A DNA stretch of 49,323 bases from an uncultured Gammaproteobacteria bacterium (GTDB lineage: Bacteria; Patescibacteriota; Patescibacteriia; UBA11705; JABHMO01), in NCBI GenBank assembly GCA_964434235.1, contig CAYSUN010000003.1, positions 1 through 49,323 on the forward strand, given 5' to 3'. Shown here piece by piece: positions 9,548-18,205 of the stretch (its first letter is position 1; every line of letters starts with the position of its first letter). Under the pieces are notes generated by a model. The model saw nothing but the letters and a program-made list of their open reading frames with translations, did not search any database and was not told the DNA's origin. A program made the position numbers and the translations under genes.

Positions 9548-10642
9548 TTATTTAACTTTATACCTTAAATAAGCTTCTATAAATTCCAAAATATCTCCAT
9601 CCAAAACATTTTCTGCTTCAGTAACTTCAAAACCAGTTCGATGATCCTTGACCATTTTGTAAGGATGAAGAACGTACGAACGAGCTTGATTTCCCCAAGC
9701 AACTTCTGTATATTCACCTCTTAATTTTTGTTTTTCTTCTTCTTTTTCAGCTTCATAATACTGTTGTAGCTTAGATTTCAAAACAGATAAAGCTTTTTCT
9801 CTATTTTGAGCTTGAGATCTTTCATTTTGACAAGAAACAATAATCTTGGTTGGTAAATGAGTAATTCGTACAGCTGAATCAGTTGTGTTAACTCCTTGAC
9901 CACCATTACCACTCGCTCTAAAAGTGTCTACTTTTAAATCTTCTGATTTTATTTCAATCTCAATTTCATCTTCAACAAAAGGCAAAACTTCAACCAAGGC
10001 GAAAGAAGTATGGCGCATTTTTTCCGCATCAAAAGGAGAAATCCGCACTAAACGGTGAACGCCATTTTCCGCTTGAAGATAACCATAACTATTTTTACCT
10101 GTAACTTGGAATAAAACACTTTTAAGGCCAGCCTCACTACCTGACGACAAACTTAATATTTCCGCTTGCCAGCCTTGTTTTTCTATAAAACGCAAATACA
10201 TACGCAAAAGCATTTCTGCCCAATCTTGGGCATCCGTTCCGCCAGCTCCAGCATGAATCGCAACTAGTGCATTACCTCGATCATATTTTCCCTTGAAAAG
10301 TAAAGCAAACTCCATTTTTTCAAATGATTTAGCCAGCTTGGCAAATTGCGTTTCCGCTTCTTCTTTTAAATTTACTTCTTGATCAGTTTTATCTAATTCT
10401 GTAATTTCTAATAAATCCTGCAAATCTTTTTTGAATTTTTCCCACTCTTCCACTTCTGTTTCTAAATCACTCGCCTTTTGGCTTATTATCTTCGCCTTTT
10501 CCTGATCATTCCAAAAACCTGGCACACTCATGGCGTGCTGTAATTCTATAACTTGTTTTTTCTTGTCATCAAGCTGAATAACCTGCCAAGCTTTTGTCAG
10601 TCTTTCTTTTAACTCTAAAATTTTAGTTATTATCTCCTGCAT
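9548..10642 (-). CDS. prfB: Peptide chain release factor 2, encoded in one frame
   Basis: GAGGTDAQDWAEML, GVHRLVRISPFD (SPF), GNGGQGVNTTDSAVRITH, WGNQARSYVLHPY. Confidence 0.97.
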   Translation of the reverse strand: MQEIITKILELKERLTKAWQVIQLDDKKKQVIELQHAMSVPGFWNDQEKAKIISQKASDLETEVEEWEKFKKDLQDLLEITELDKTDQEVNLKEEAETQFAKLAKSFEKMEFALLFKGKYDRGNALVAIHAGAGGTDAQDWAEMLLRMYLRFIEKQGWQAEILSLSSGSEAGLKSVLFQVTGKNSYGYLQAENGVHRLVRISPFDAEKMRHTSFALVEVLPFVEDEIEIEIKSEDLKVDTFRASGNGGQGVNTTDSAVRITHLPTKIIVSCQNERSQAQNREKALSVLKSKLQQYYEAEKEEEKQKLRGEYTEVAWGNQARSYVLHPYKMVKDHRTGFEVTEAENVLDGDILEFIEAYLRYKVK

Positions 10643-10644
10643 AC

Positions 10645-11841
10645 TTACATTTGTCTTTTGGCTAAAATAATATTAATCATTTTTTCTTCATTTTCAGAAT
10701 AAACTTTTAAAATAATTTCATCGTTAGGCTGATACTTGGCTATTTCATTTATTAAAGTCTTTTGGCCTTTTAATTGTACACCTTGAACTTCTAAAATAAT
10801 ATCACCTTTTTTAAGACCAGCTTGCTCTGCCGGAGAATCAACCATCACAGCTTCATTCTCAGAATCAGTGGCGATTAAAGCTCCATATTCAAATGGCAAA
10901 TTGTTTTTTTCTGCTAAACTTTCATCAATTTGTACATAATAAACGCCCAGCCAAGGTCGAACAATTTCCCCAAATTCTTTCACGCTTTCAATTACACTTT
11001 TGGCTTCATTAATTGGTATGGCAAATCCAAGTGATTGTCCTTGCCAATTAACGGCTGTATTTATACCCACAACCTGCCCAGCTAAATTCAAAAGTGGGCC
11101 ACCAGAATTACCAGGATTAATGGCTGCGTCAGTTTGGATTGCTCCATCAATCGACTCAGTGCTCATAGCATTACCAGCAACTACACTTCGGTTAATTCCA
11201 CTAACCACCCCTCGAGTTACAGTATTTTGATATTCTGATAAAGCATTCCCAATAGCAATTACTGTTTGGCCGATTTGCAAATCGCTAGAATCACCAAGCT
11301 CGACTTCTGGCAAATCAGTTGCATTGATTTTTAAAATGCCAATATCACTAACCACATCTCGACCAAGAACTTGAGCTTCATACTGAGTTCCATCATTAAA
11401 CACAACTGAATAACTTGCTTCTGTGTCAGCCAAAACGTGTTTATTAGTCAAAATCAGACCAGAGCTGTCAATCACAAAACCAGTTCCGCCACCAATTTGT
11501 TTTTTGGTTTCATCCGCATTATTTAATGGATCAGAATAGTCCCAAGAATCGTACGCATCAGGACCAGTTAAATTGTAATTTACAGTTAAACCTTTACTAA
11601 CAACAATACTAACCACAGAAGGTGAAACTTTTTTCACCACATCAATCGTGGCTGATTCTTCTGTTGCTTTATAATTTCTATTAATTGTATTAATTTCATT
11701 ACCATATAAAAATTGCTGACCCCAAGAATATTTTTCTAAATATGGTTGAATGAAAAAAGCTCCAAAACCACCAGCCAATGCGCCAACCACAAAAGCAATT
11801 AAAATTGTCAAAGAAAGATTACCTTGATGTTTTGTTTGCAT
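10645..11841 (-). CDS. HtrA/DegP-family serine protease with PDZ domain
   Basis: N-terminal TM, GTGF, LTNKHV, DIGILKI, QTDAAINPGNSGGPL, C-terminal PDZ (PWLGV...SPAEQAGLKKGDII). Confidence 0.95.
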   Translation of the reverse strand: MQTKHQGNLSLTILIAFVVGALAGGFGAFFIQPYLEKYSWGQQFLYGNEINTINRNYKATEESATIDVVKKVSPSVVSIVVSKGLTVNYNLTGPDAYDSWDYSDPLNNADETKKQIGGGTGFVIDSSGLILTNKHVLADTEASYSVVFNDGTQYEAQVLGRDVVSDIGILKINATDLPEVELGDSSDLQIGQTVIAIGNALSEYQNTVTRGVVSGINRSVVAGNAMSTESIDGAIQTDAAINPGNSGGPLLNLAGQVVGINTAVNWQGQSLGFAIPINEAKSVIESVKEFGEIVRPWLGVYYVQIDESLAEKNNLPFEYGALIATDSENEAVMVDSPAEQAGLKKGDIILEVQGVQLKGQKTLINEIAKYQPNDEIILKVYSENEEKMINIILAKRQM

Positions 11842-11861
11842 ATTTATTTTATAATTTGAGT

Positions 11862-12281
11862 TTACTTTAATTTTCTGTACACTTTTTCTAACCTAATTTC
11901 ATTTTCTTTTAGAAAACCAAATTTTCTTAATTCACTTAACTTCTTAGCGTCAATAATTACAAATCCAATTTTTTGATGAGCGCGAACTGAAGCAATGTTT
12001 TCTTTCTTAATTGTGGCATATAATTTTTGAAGGTTATATTTTTTCACGAGTAAATCTTCTGCAATTTCTACTATTCCCTTACCTCTGAACTCAGGACAAA
12101 TAATAATTTGTACAAAGCCAGATTTTTCTGAAAACTTTGCTGATACACAACCAACAATCCCAACCTTTTTGTTATCACATAAAATAGTGTGATAAACACC
12201 ACTCTTTGAAAGCAAAATATCCTCACGTCCATCAAGAGTTTCGAGGTATTGTTTTTCAAATTTATCTAACTTTATTTCCAT
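11862..12281 (-). CDS. GNAT-family N-acetyltransferase
   Basis: PEFRGKGI acetyl-CoA motif and ENIASVRAHQKIGF; ATG at 12281 (MEIKLDK) is the likely start. Confidence 0.8.
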   Translation of the reverse strand: MEIKLDKFEKQYLETLDGREDILLSKSGVYHTILCDNKKVGIVGCVSAKFSEKSGFVQIIICPEFRGKGIVEIAEDLLVKKYNLQKLYATIKKENIASVRAHQKIGFVIIDAKKLSELRKFGFLKENEIRLEKVYRKLK

Positions 12282-12372
12282 AAAATACAAGGAATTAAAG
12301 ATCAATGCACAAGCTAGGGATATTAAAATCAATTTAGCTTAACTTTACTTATTATAACAAATTTATTATATA

Positions 12373-12427
12373 AAAAAACAAGTAATTACTTTAGATTCAT
12401 TATTACAAATCCAAAACAATTACTTGC
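12373..12427 (-). terminator. Terminator-like long hairpin with T-tract
   Basis: Minus strand gcaagtaattgttttggattt...aatctaaagtaattacttgttttttt directly after the 12430 stop. Confidence 0.55.
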
Positions 12428-12429
12428 TG

Positions 12430-12753
12430 TCAACGTAAAAACTGCTGTAAATCTGTTTCACTAATATTGCCATTCTGTATCTGCCCAATTACATTTAATA
12501 AATTCGCGTCTTTTCCTGCCCCATTAGTGACAGAATCAAATCCCCCAAGTATTTCTTGATATGTGCCAAAAGCTTCCCGAAAAAATGGCCAAGCATACAA
12601 ACCTGCGATTATTAAAGGCACCACAATAATTACAATTTTCACAATATTCATTATTTGCTGAAAAACAATATACTTCCGTATTTTTATAACCATTTCATGT
12701 ACTTCTTTGGTGTACTCTAAATTTTTTTGTAATAATTTTTTTAATTCCTCCAT
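12430..12753 (-). CDS. Hypothetical single-TM protein
   Basis: 107-aa ORF co-oriented with the nrd genes; helical N-terminus and TM IVIIVVPLIIAGLYAWPFF. Confidence 0.75.
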   Translation of the reverse strand: MEELKKLLQKNLEYTKEVHEMVIKIRKYIVFQQIMNIVKIVIIVVPLIIAGLYAWPFFREAFGTYQEILGGFDSVTNGAGKDANLLNVIGQIQNGNISETDLQQFLR

Positions 12754-12782
12754 ACTATAATAAAGTAATTTTAATTAAAAAT

Positions 12783-13469
12783 CTAACGAACCTTGATCAC
12801 TCGAAACCAATCCTTTAACGGTACAATAATTTCATTTAACTGTTTTTTGGTATAACTTTTTTCTTGCAAAAAACTATTGTCCACTAATTTACCAGCTACT
12901 ACAAATTGCTGTAAAAAATATTTATCAGCACCTTTAACTTGTTCTGCCATCGCCACAATATCTTCTGGAGTATGCAATGAAGGTAAAATAGTTGACCGAA
13001 ATTCATGAGCTATTCCACTGTTCTTTATTATTGTAACACTTTTCTTAATTTCTGGTAAGTCTATTTTTCGACAAGTTACTTGAGCATACTTAGACCACGG
13101 TGCTTTTATATCCATGGCTACATAATCAATCATTTTTCGATCAATTAATTTTTGTAGTAATTCTGAGTTTGTTCCGTTGGTGTCCAGTTTCACCAAATAA
13201 CCAAGTGCTTTTAGATTTCTAACAAAAGATAATAACCCACGTTGAATCGTTGGTTCTCCGCCAGTAATACACACAGCATCCAAAATTTTTCTTCTACCTT
13301 TTAGAAAATTCAACACGTCATCAGTGGCTAAAACTTTGGCAATTCCTTTAACAATATCTGGATTATGACAAAAAGAGCAGCGAAAATTACATCCGATTGT
13401 AAATATAGTCGCTGCTATTTTATCTGGATAATCAAGCAATGTTGTTTTTTGTAATCCCCCAATTAGCAT
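12783..13469 (-). CDS. nrdG: Anaerobic ribonucleotide reductase activating protein (radical SAM)
   Basis: GCNFRCSFCHNP (CxxxCxxC), ITGGEPT, KLDTNG, YVAMDIKAP; adjacent to nrdD; start MLIGGLQK. Confidence 0.93.
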   Translation of the reverse strand: MLIGGLQKTTLLDYPDKIAATIFTIGCNFRCSFCHNPDIVKGIAKVLATDDVLNFLKGRRKILDAVCITGGEPTIQRGLLSFVRNLKALGYLVKLDTNGTNSELLQKLIDRKMIDYVAMDIKAPWSKYAQVTCRKIDLPEIKKSVTIIKNSGIAHEFRSTILPSLHTPEDIVAMAEQVKGADKYFLQQFVVAGKLVDNSFLQEKSYTKKQLNEIIVPLKDWFRVIKVR

Positions 13470-13503
13470 AGGATTAAAAATCAAAAATTATACCCAGAAT
13501 ATA

Positions 13504-13650
13504 TTAAGCCTTATCAAATATTTTATCAAAAGTTTTCCTGTCATCAAATTCAGCTTTTTTACCATCATTCCAACGTTGGACAGGACTTAAATAGCCAACC
13601 ACTCTTGAGTAAACTTCACATTTTTGTCTTTGTAGTTTTGTAGCAGCCAT
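13504..13650 (-). CDS. Stand-alone 48-aa NrdD glycyl-radical domain (not in ORF track)
   Basis: Manual translation MAATKLQRQKCEVYSRVVGYLSPVQRWNDGKKAEFDDRKTFDKIFDKA*; YSRVVGYL...WNxGKxxEF matches the NrdD C-terminal glycyl-radical signature. Confidence 0.9.
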   Translation of the reverse strand: MAATKLQRQKCEVYSRVVGYLSPVQRWNDGKKAEFDDRKTFDKIFDKA

Positions 13651-13753
13651 AATTTTGATTTTACAAGATCAACAAGTTTTCATACAAAATAAGATTTTTT
13701 TAATTTATCTTATTGAATTGTAATTTAAAACTTGTAATCTGTATTTTTATTTT

Positions 13754-15832
13754 TTATTTATTTTCTTGTATATTTTGAGAATTTTGTTCTGATTGCATAA
13801 TATTATCAGTATAGCCCATTTCTTCATCACAATATGGACAATACTCATGTTCTCCATCAATATAACCGTGAATAGGACAAACACTAAAAGTTGGAGTTAT
13901 AGTAAAATATGGTAAATGAAAATTCTCAGCAATTTTTTTCACTAAATTTTTAGTACTTTCAGCTGAAGGTAAACGTTCACCAATAAAACCATGTAAAACT
14001 GTCCCACCAGTATATCTAGTTTGTAAATCATCTTGCAATTTTAAGGCTTCAAAAATATCATCAGTGTAACCAACTGGCAATTGGGTAGAATTTGTATAAT
14101 ATGGAGCTGATTGATCTCGCTGATAAGAATCTTCATTAGCTACAACAATTTCAGGAAATTTTTCTTTGTCCAAACGAGCAAATCTATAAGCTGTGCCCTC
14201 AGCTGGAGTTGCTTCAAGATTAAAAAGTTCATTTGTTTCATTTTGATAATCCATCATTTTTTCACGCATAAAATCAAGGATTTCTCGCGCAAACTTATGA
14301 CCTTCTGGATGAGCAATGTTCACTTTGAGCAAATTCAAACACGATTCATTCATACCATTAAGCCCAATTGTGTTGAAATGATTTTTCCAATATTCAGAAA
14401 ATCTATCTTTGATAGCTGATAAATAAAATCTAGAATATGGATACAAACCACCTTCAGTAAATCGTTCTAAAGCTGAACGCTTGACCTTTAAACTTTTCTT
14501 GGCTAAATCCATTAAATAAGACAATCTTTCTTTGTATTCCTCTTTATCTTTTGAAACAAAACCAAGACGAGCTAAATTTATTGTAACCACACCAATTGAT
14601 CCAGTTAAAGGATTAGCTCCAAAAAGACCTCCTCCACGTTTTCTTAATTCTCTATTATCCAAACGAAGACGACAACACATACTTCGAGCATCTTCTGGAC
14701 TCATGTCACTATTTACAAAGTTAGAAAAATAAGGAATTCCGTATTTAGCGGTCATGCCCATTATTTTTTCAATAATCGGCGCATCCCATTGCCAATCGGC
14801 AGTAACATTATAAGTTGGAATTGGCCAACTGAGAACTCGTCCCTTTTTATCACCTTCTGTCATTATTTCAATAAACGCTTGATTAAACATGTCCATTTCA
14901 ACTTGAAATTCCCCATATGTTTCTTTTTGTGGTTCACCACCAATAATGATTTGTTCAGTCGCTAAATTTGATGGCACAAATAAATCTAAAGTTACATTAG
15001 TAAATGGAGTTTGAAAACCAACTCGAGTTGGCACATTAATATTATATAAAAATGTTTGAACTTGTTGTTTTACTTGCTCGTAATCTAATTTATCATAACG
15101 AATAAACGGTGCAACATAAGTATCTAAACTGGATACGGCCTGAGCACCAGCTGCTTCACCCTGAAGAGTATAGAAAAAATTAACTAATTGACTGAGAGCT
15201 GTACCAAAATGTTTTGGTGGCTTACTTTCGACTTTACCACGAACACCACCAAATCCCTTAAGCAATAAATCCTTAAAATCCCAACCACAACAATATGGTG
15301 CTAAAAGTTGTAAATCATGAATATGGAAATCACCATTTACATGAGCATCTCTAATATCTGGAGAATATACTTTATTTAACCAATAATTTGTACTAATAGT
15401 TGAAGCAACATAATTATTCAAACCTTGAAGAGAATAATCCATGTTACTATTTTCTTTGACCTTCCAATCAAGCTGACTTAAATAACTTTCCATTAACTCA
15501 TCTGAATTAATCATTGATTGTAAATCACGAAACTTAGCGTGTTGATCTCTATAAATAATAAAAGCTTTAGCTGCTTTGATCAATTTATTATTAATCAAAA
15601 TTTCCTCAACAATATCTTGAACCTCTTCAACTGCAGGAATTGATCTTTCGTGAAATTTTTTATTTAAAGTCTCAACAACTTGGTCAGACAAAGTATCAGC
15701 TTTTTCCTGATCTGGCTCCCCAACTGCTCTCATAGCATTGAAGATAGCTAAAGAAATCTTTGCTTGATCAAAATCAACAATTCGATCATCTCTTTTTCTT
15801 ATTTGAATAATTTTGTTGGCTGTGTAAGTCAT
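13754..15832 (-). CDS. nrdD: Class III ribonucleoside-triphosphate reductase with ATP cone, lacking the glycyl-radical C-terminus
   Basis: ATP cone (IRKRDDRIVDFD), HIHDL, PYCCGW, RSMCCRL, GSIGVVTINL, EATPAEG, YTGGTVLH and zinc site CPIHG...CPYC; ends without an RxxGY motif. Confidence 0.95.
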   Translation of the reverse strand: MTYTANKIIQIRKRDDRIVDFDQAKISLAIFNAMRAVGEPDQEKADTLSDQVVETLNKKFHERSIPAVEEVQDIVEEILINNKLIKAAKAFIIYRDQHAKFRDLQSMINSDELMESYLSQLDWKVKENSNMDYSLQGLNNYVASTISTNYWLNKVYSPDIRDAHVNGDFHIHDLQLLAPYCCGWDFKDLLLKGFGGVRGKVESKPPKHFGTALSQLVNFFYTLQGEAAGAQAVSSLDTYVAPFIRYDKLDYEQVKQQVQTFLYNINVPTRVGFQTPFTNVTLDLFVPSNLATEQIIIGGEPQKETYGEFQVEMDMFNQAFIEIMTEGDKKGRVLSWPIPTYNVTADWQWDAPIIEKIMGMTAKYGIPYFSNFVNSDMSPEDARSMCCRLRLDNRELRKRGGGLFGANPLTGSIGVVTINLARLGFVSKDKEEYKERLSYLMDLAKKSLKVKRSALERFTEGGLYPYSRFYLSAIKDRFSEYWKNHFNTIGLNGMNESCLNLLKVNIAHPEGHKFAREILDFMREKMMDYQNETNELFNLEATPAEGTAYRFARLDKEKFPEIVVANEDSYQRDQSAPYYTNSTQLPVGYTDDIFEALKLQDDLQTRYTGGTVLHGFIGERLPSAESTKNLVKKIAENFHLPYFTITPTFSVCPIHGYIDGEHEYCPYCDEEMGYTDNIMQSEQNSQNIQENK

Positions 15833-15927
15833 AATTATTTCTTTTTGTTTTCTCCCTCCCAGGATTTATAGAGTAATAAAAAATAGCCTCTAAAATGCAG
15901 GATCTATTTTTTATAGTGCGTATCTAC

Positions 15928-15956
15928 ATTATACGCCAATTACAAACATGCGACAA
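15928..15956 (-). promoter_or_regulatory. Sigma70-type promoter for nrdD
   Basis: Minus strand TTGTCG-17 nt-TATAAT. Confidence 0.6.
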
Positions 15957-16025
15957 AGTTTAAACTTAATTTAAACTTTTACCTAAATTTTGTCTTTATT
16001 TAAGTGTCGCATAATCTTTAAAAAC

Positions 16026-16034
16026 TTATCCACA
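16026..16034 (+). promoter_or_regulatory. Consensus DnaA box upstream of the nrdD promoter
   Basis: TTATCCACA exact match; a single box, so function is unproven. Confidence 0.4.
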
Positions 16035-16081
16035 GAACATAACTATTTTGACTAATTTTTTAAACCAAAAATTAGCTTACT

Positions 16082-16157
16082 GCCGGCGATTTGCAAGGCA
16101 ACTTTTTATCCTGAATTTAATTCAGGATAAAGTAAATATTGAATTCAAATCGCCGGC
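16082..16157. repeat. Nested palindrome
   Basis: Perfect 12-bp arms gccggcgatttg/caaatcgccggc enclose tttatcctgaat-tta-attcaggataaa. Confidence 0.7.
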
Positions 16158-16280
16158 CCACTTAAAAACAACAGCGAAGACTAGTGGTTTCTTTCTTACG
16201 GGCTACACCCGTTATGTATGACTCTTAGAATAAACATACTTTTTTATTTAGACTATTTTACTATTAATTTACGTTTTTAT

Positions 16281-16477
16281 TTGTCGCAAAATACATAAAT
16301 AGCAAGGCGGGGTCTGCCCCAAACCAGTCTTCATTTCAATCAGACGGTTCAGGGTAAAGGGCATATTGTCACACTGCCTGCCTACCATAGACTTGTCGAA
16401 GGTAGGAGCCTGCCTGCCTGTCTTCGACCATGAGCTCAGACCGAATGGCAGGCAGGTTTGCCGAAGGGTGGCGACAA
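16281..16477. repeat. Mosaic of nested GC-rich palindromic elements
   Basis: Outer arms ttgtcgc/gcgacaa; inner gccccaaacc...ggttcagggtaaa, cctacc/ggtagg and cctgcctgcc/ggcaggcagg enclosing gtcttcgac...gctcagac. Confidence 0.65.
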
Positions 16478-16581
16478 AAAGTAACTCTCCGAAAAACAAA
16501 CATCTCTACTTGGTCAACGCACTTCAAATAATTCTATTTTAAACGCACGAACCAACTCTCACTGGCATTTTTCCTCTAACT

Positions 16582-16612
16582 AAAAAAGTCGCCATGTTTC
16601 ATGACGACTTTT
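16582..16612 (-). terminator. Intrinsic terminator after the pilB-like gene
   Basis: aaaagtcgccatg-ttt-catgacgactttt with an A-run that gives a U-tract on the minus strand. Confidence 0.7.
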
Positions 16613-16617
16613 GTTGA

Positions 16618-18018
16618 TTAAATTTTTTGAAATTCAAGCAAATCTACTTTCCCTTCTGCACACAGGGGTAGAACTTGCTCTACTAACTGAGTTTCAACAA
16701 AACCAATCAATAGTTTTTGCCCAGAATACCCACACCGATGACAATGAGGACACTGATCAGCTTGATACAACTGAGGTTCTTCGCCTGATAACAAGACAAT
16801 GTTTTTCTCTTTCAACTTCTTTTGCAATATAACCTGATCATTTTCAGTAGCTAGTTTTTTACAGCTTTCACAAAGCATTTTTACTACTGAAATATAAACC
16901 ACTTCAGCATTAACACCACTCAAATACTGGACAGCCTTGCTTTGATTTTCAACTGCTAAACTGAAAAGAACCAACTTGCCTACAAAAATCGACCGATTAA
17001 AAGCACTTAATACACTTCGATCAACATCACTGAAAATAACCACGTCAGGCGATTGATGTTGCAAAATTGCTTGTACTTGTTCAGTAATAAGCTCATCCGA
17101 GTTCGTTGAATTAACCTTATGCACATTTTTTGTTGCCACAGGAAGCAAAAGGTCTCCAAAAACAACTACACTTACTTTATCAGTATCAACATGATCAATA
17201 ATGCTTCGAAGGAAATCTTCTCTTACTCGCTTAGTTGGTGAACAAATTGCGAAAATACCTGGCTCATACAACTTGTCCCTCAATTCAACCCACTCTTTGC
17301 TATTAATAACATGCAAAGGATCAAAGCTGTAAGCATCATCCACCAGTTCCAAACTAAGTTTTGCCTCAGATCCGATTGGCACATAGCAAACTCCAAAACG
17401 AGCTGTTTTTTTCTTACCCAAGACAAGATCTAGTTGCCCTTTTTGAACTGATTTCTTTTTGGCAATATCCATGTTAGTAATTATCAAAATTCGATTGATA
17501 ATAGCACTTGCCAATCTTAAAGGCGGATGCATAATATCAATCAAAACTCCATTAACCCGATACCTAATCATAAGCTTTTTCGGATAACTTTCAACATGAA
17601 TTTCAGTTGCTCTACGCCTGATAGCATCAACTAAAACAAGATTAACCAAACGAACAACTGATTCTTCTCGAGATTCTCTTTCTAGCTCTTCAATATCAAT
17701 ACCCTCATCTACATTTTCTTCTGCAATAGTCTCCGCTTATTCGATCAGGGCCAGCAGATTATCACTTTCGCCAAATAAATCTCGTTCTTCTGGCAAAGCC
17801 TGCCCATCTTTTTGACCACCAACATCCACCACATCACCAAAAATTTTAAACCTTTGTTCTTTGGTAAAATAACCAAAACAATGTAAGGTTTCAAAAAAAG
17901 ATTTACCTGTTCTATCCATTTCTTCTTTTACTGCTTCCAGTTGTTCTTGTGTTAATAAACCTTCTCTTTGTAACTTAAGAGCTAGATCAGACACTAATTT
18001 GTCTTCAAATTTAGGCAT
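16618..18018 (-). pseudogene. Degenerate PilB/GspE-like secretion ATPase interrupted by one in-frame TAA (17737-17739)
   Basis: ORFs 17737..18018 and 16618..17649 share a frame. Read-through gives ...LALIE*AETIAEENVDEGIDIEELERESREESVVRLVNLVLVDAIRRRATEIHVE, then IRYRVNGVL, MDIAKK..Q.G, QSPDVV and CESC...CPHC..CGYSG. The Walker A position reads CSPTKRVRE. AGGAGG lies before ATG 18018. Confidence 0.75.
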
Positions 18019-18061
18019 AGAATCCTCCTCTGTGGTAGTGAAAGGAACAAATGATTAATAA

Positions 18062-18090
18062 ACATTACCCTATATTGAACAATTAATCAA
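18062..18090 (-). promoter_or_regulatory. Possible sigma70 promoter for the pilB-like gene
   Basis: TTGATT-17 nt-TAATGT. Confidence 0.4.
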
Positions 18091-18156
18091 GAGTATTAGG
18101 TATAATTAGTTCTAAGAAAATTTCACTTACAAACTTTCAAGTTATTTAACTCTAAC

Positions 18157-18184
18157 AAAAAAGACGGCAAACCGTCTTTTTTTT
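18157..18184 (-). terminator. Intrinsic terminator after ftsZ
   Basis: aaaaaagacgg-caaa-ccgtctttttt. Confidence 0.85.
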
Positions 18185-18205
18185 ATTTAACAATCTAAAG
18201 TTTAT

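Noticed and set aside
16269-16499. 76-aa ORF
   Set aside because: It lies entirely over GC-rich palindromes, has no RBS and shows no protein-like motifs.
16074-16500. RNase P RNA, tmRNA or SRP RNA
   Set aside because: No GAGGAAAGTCC, no tRNA-like CCA end and no SRP GGAA-loop motif were seen; a covariance search is still advisable.
17737-17739. Alternative genetic code as the cause of the in-frame stop
   Set aside because: The stop is TAA, which ends many core genes here, and TGA ends ftsA, so code 25 does not apply.
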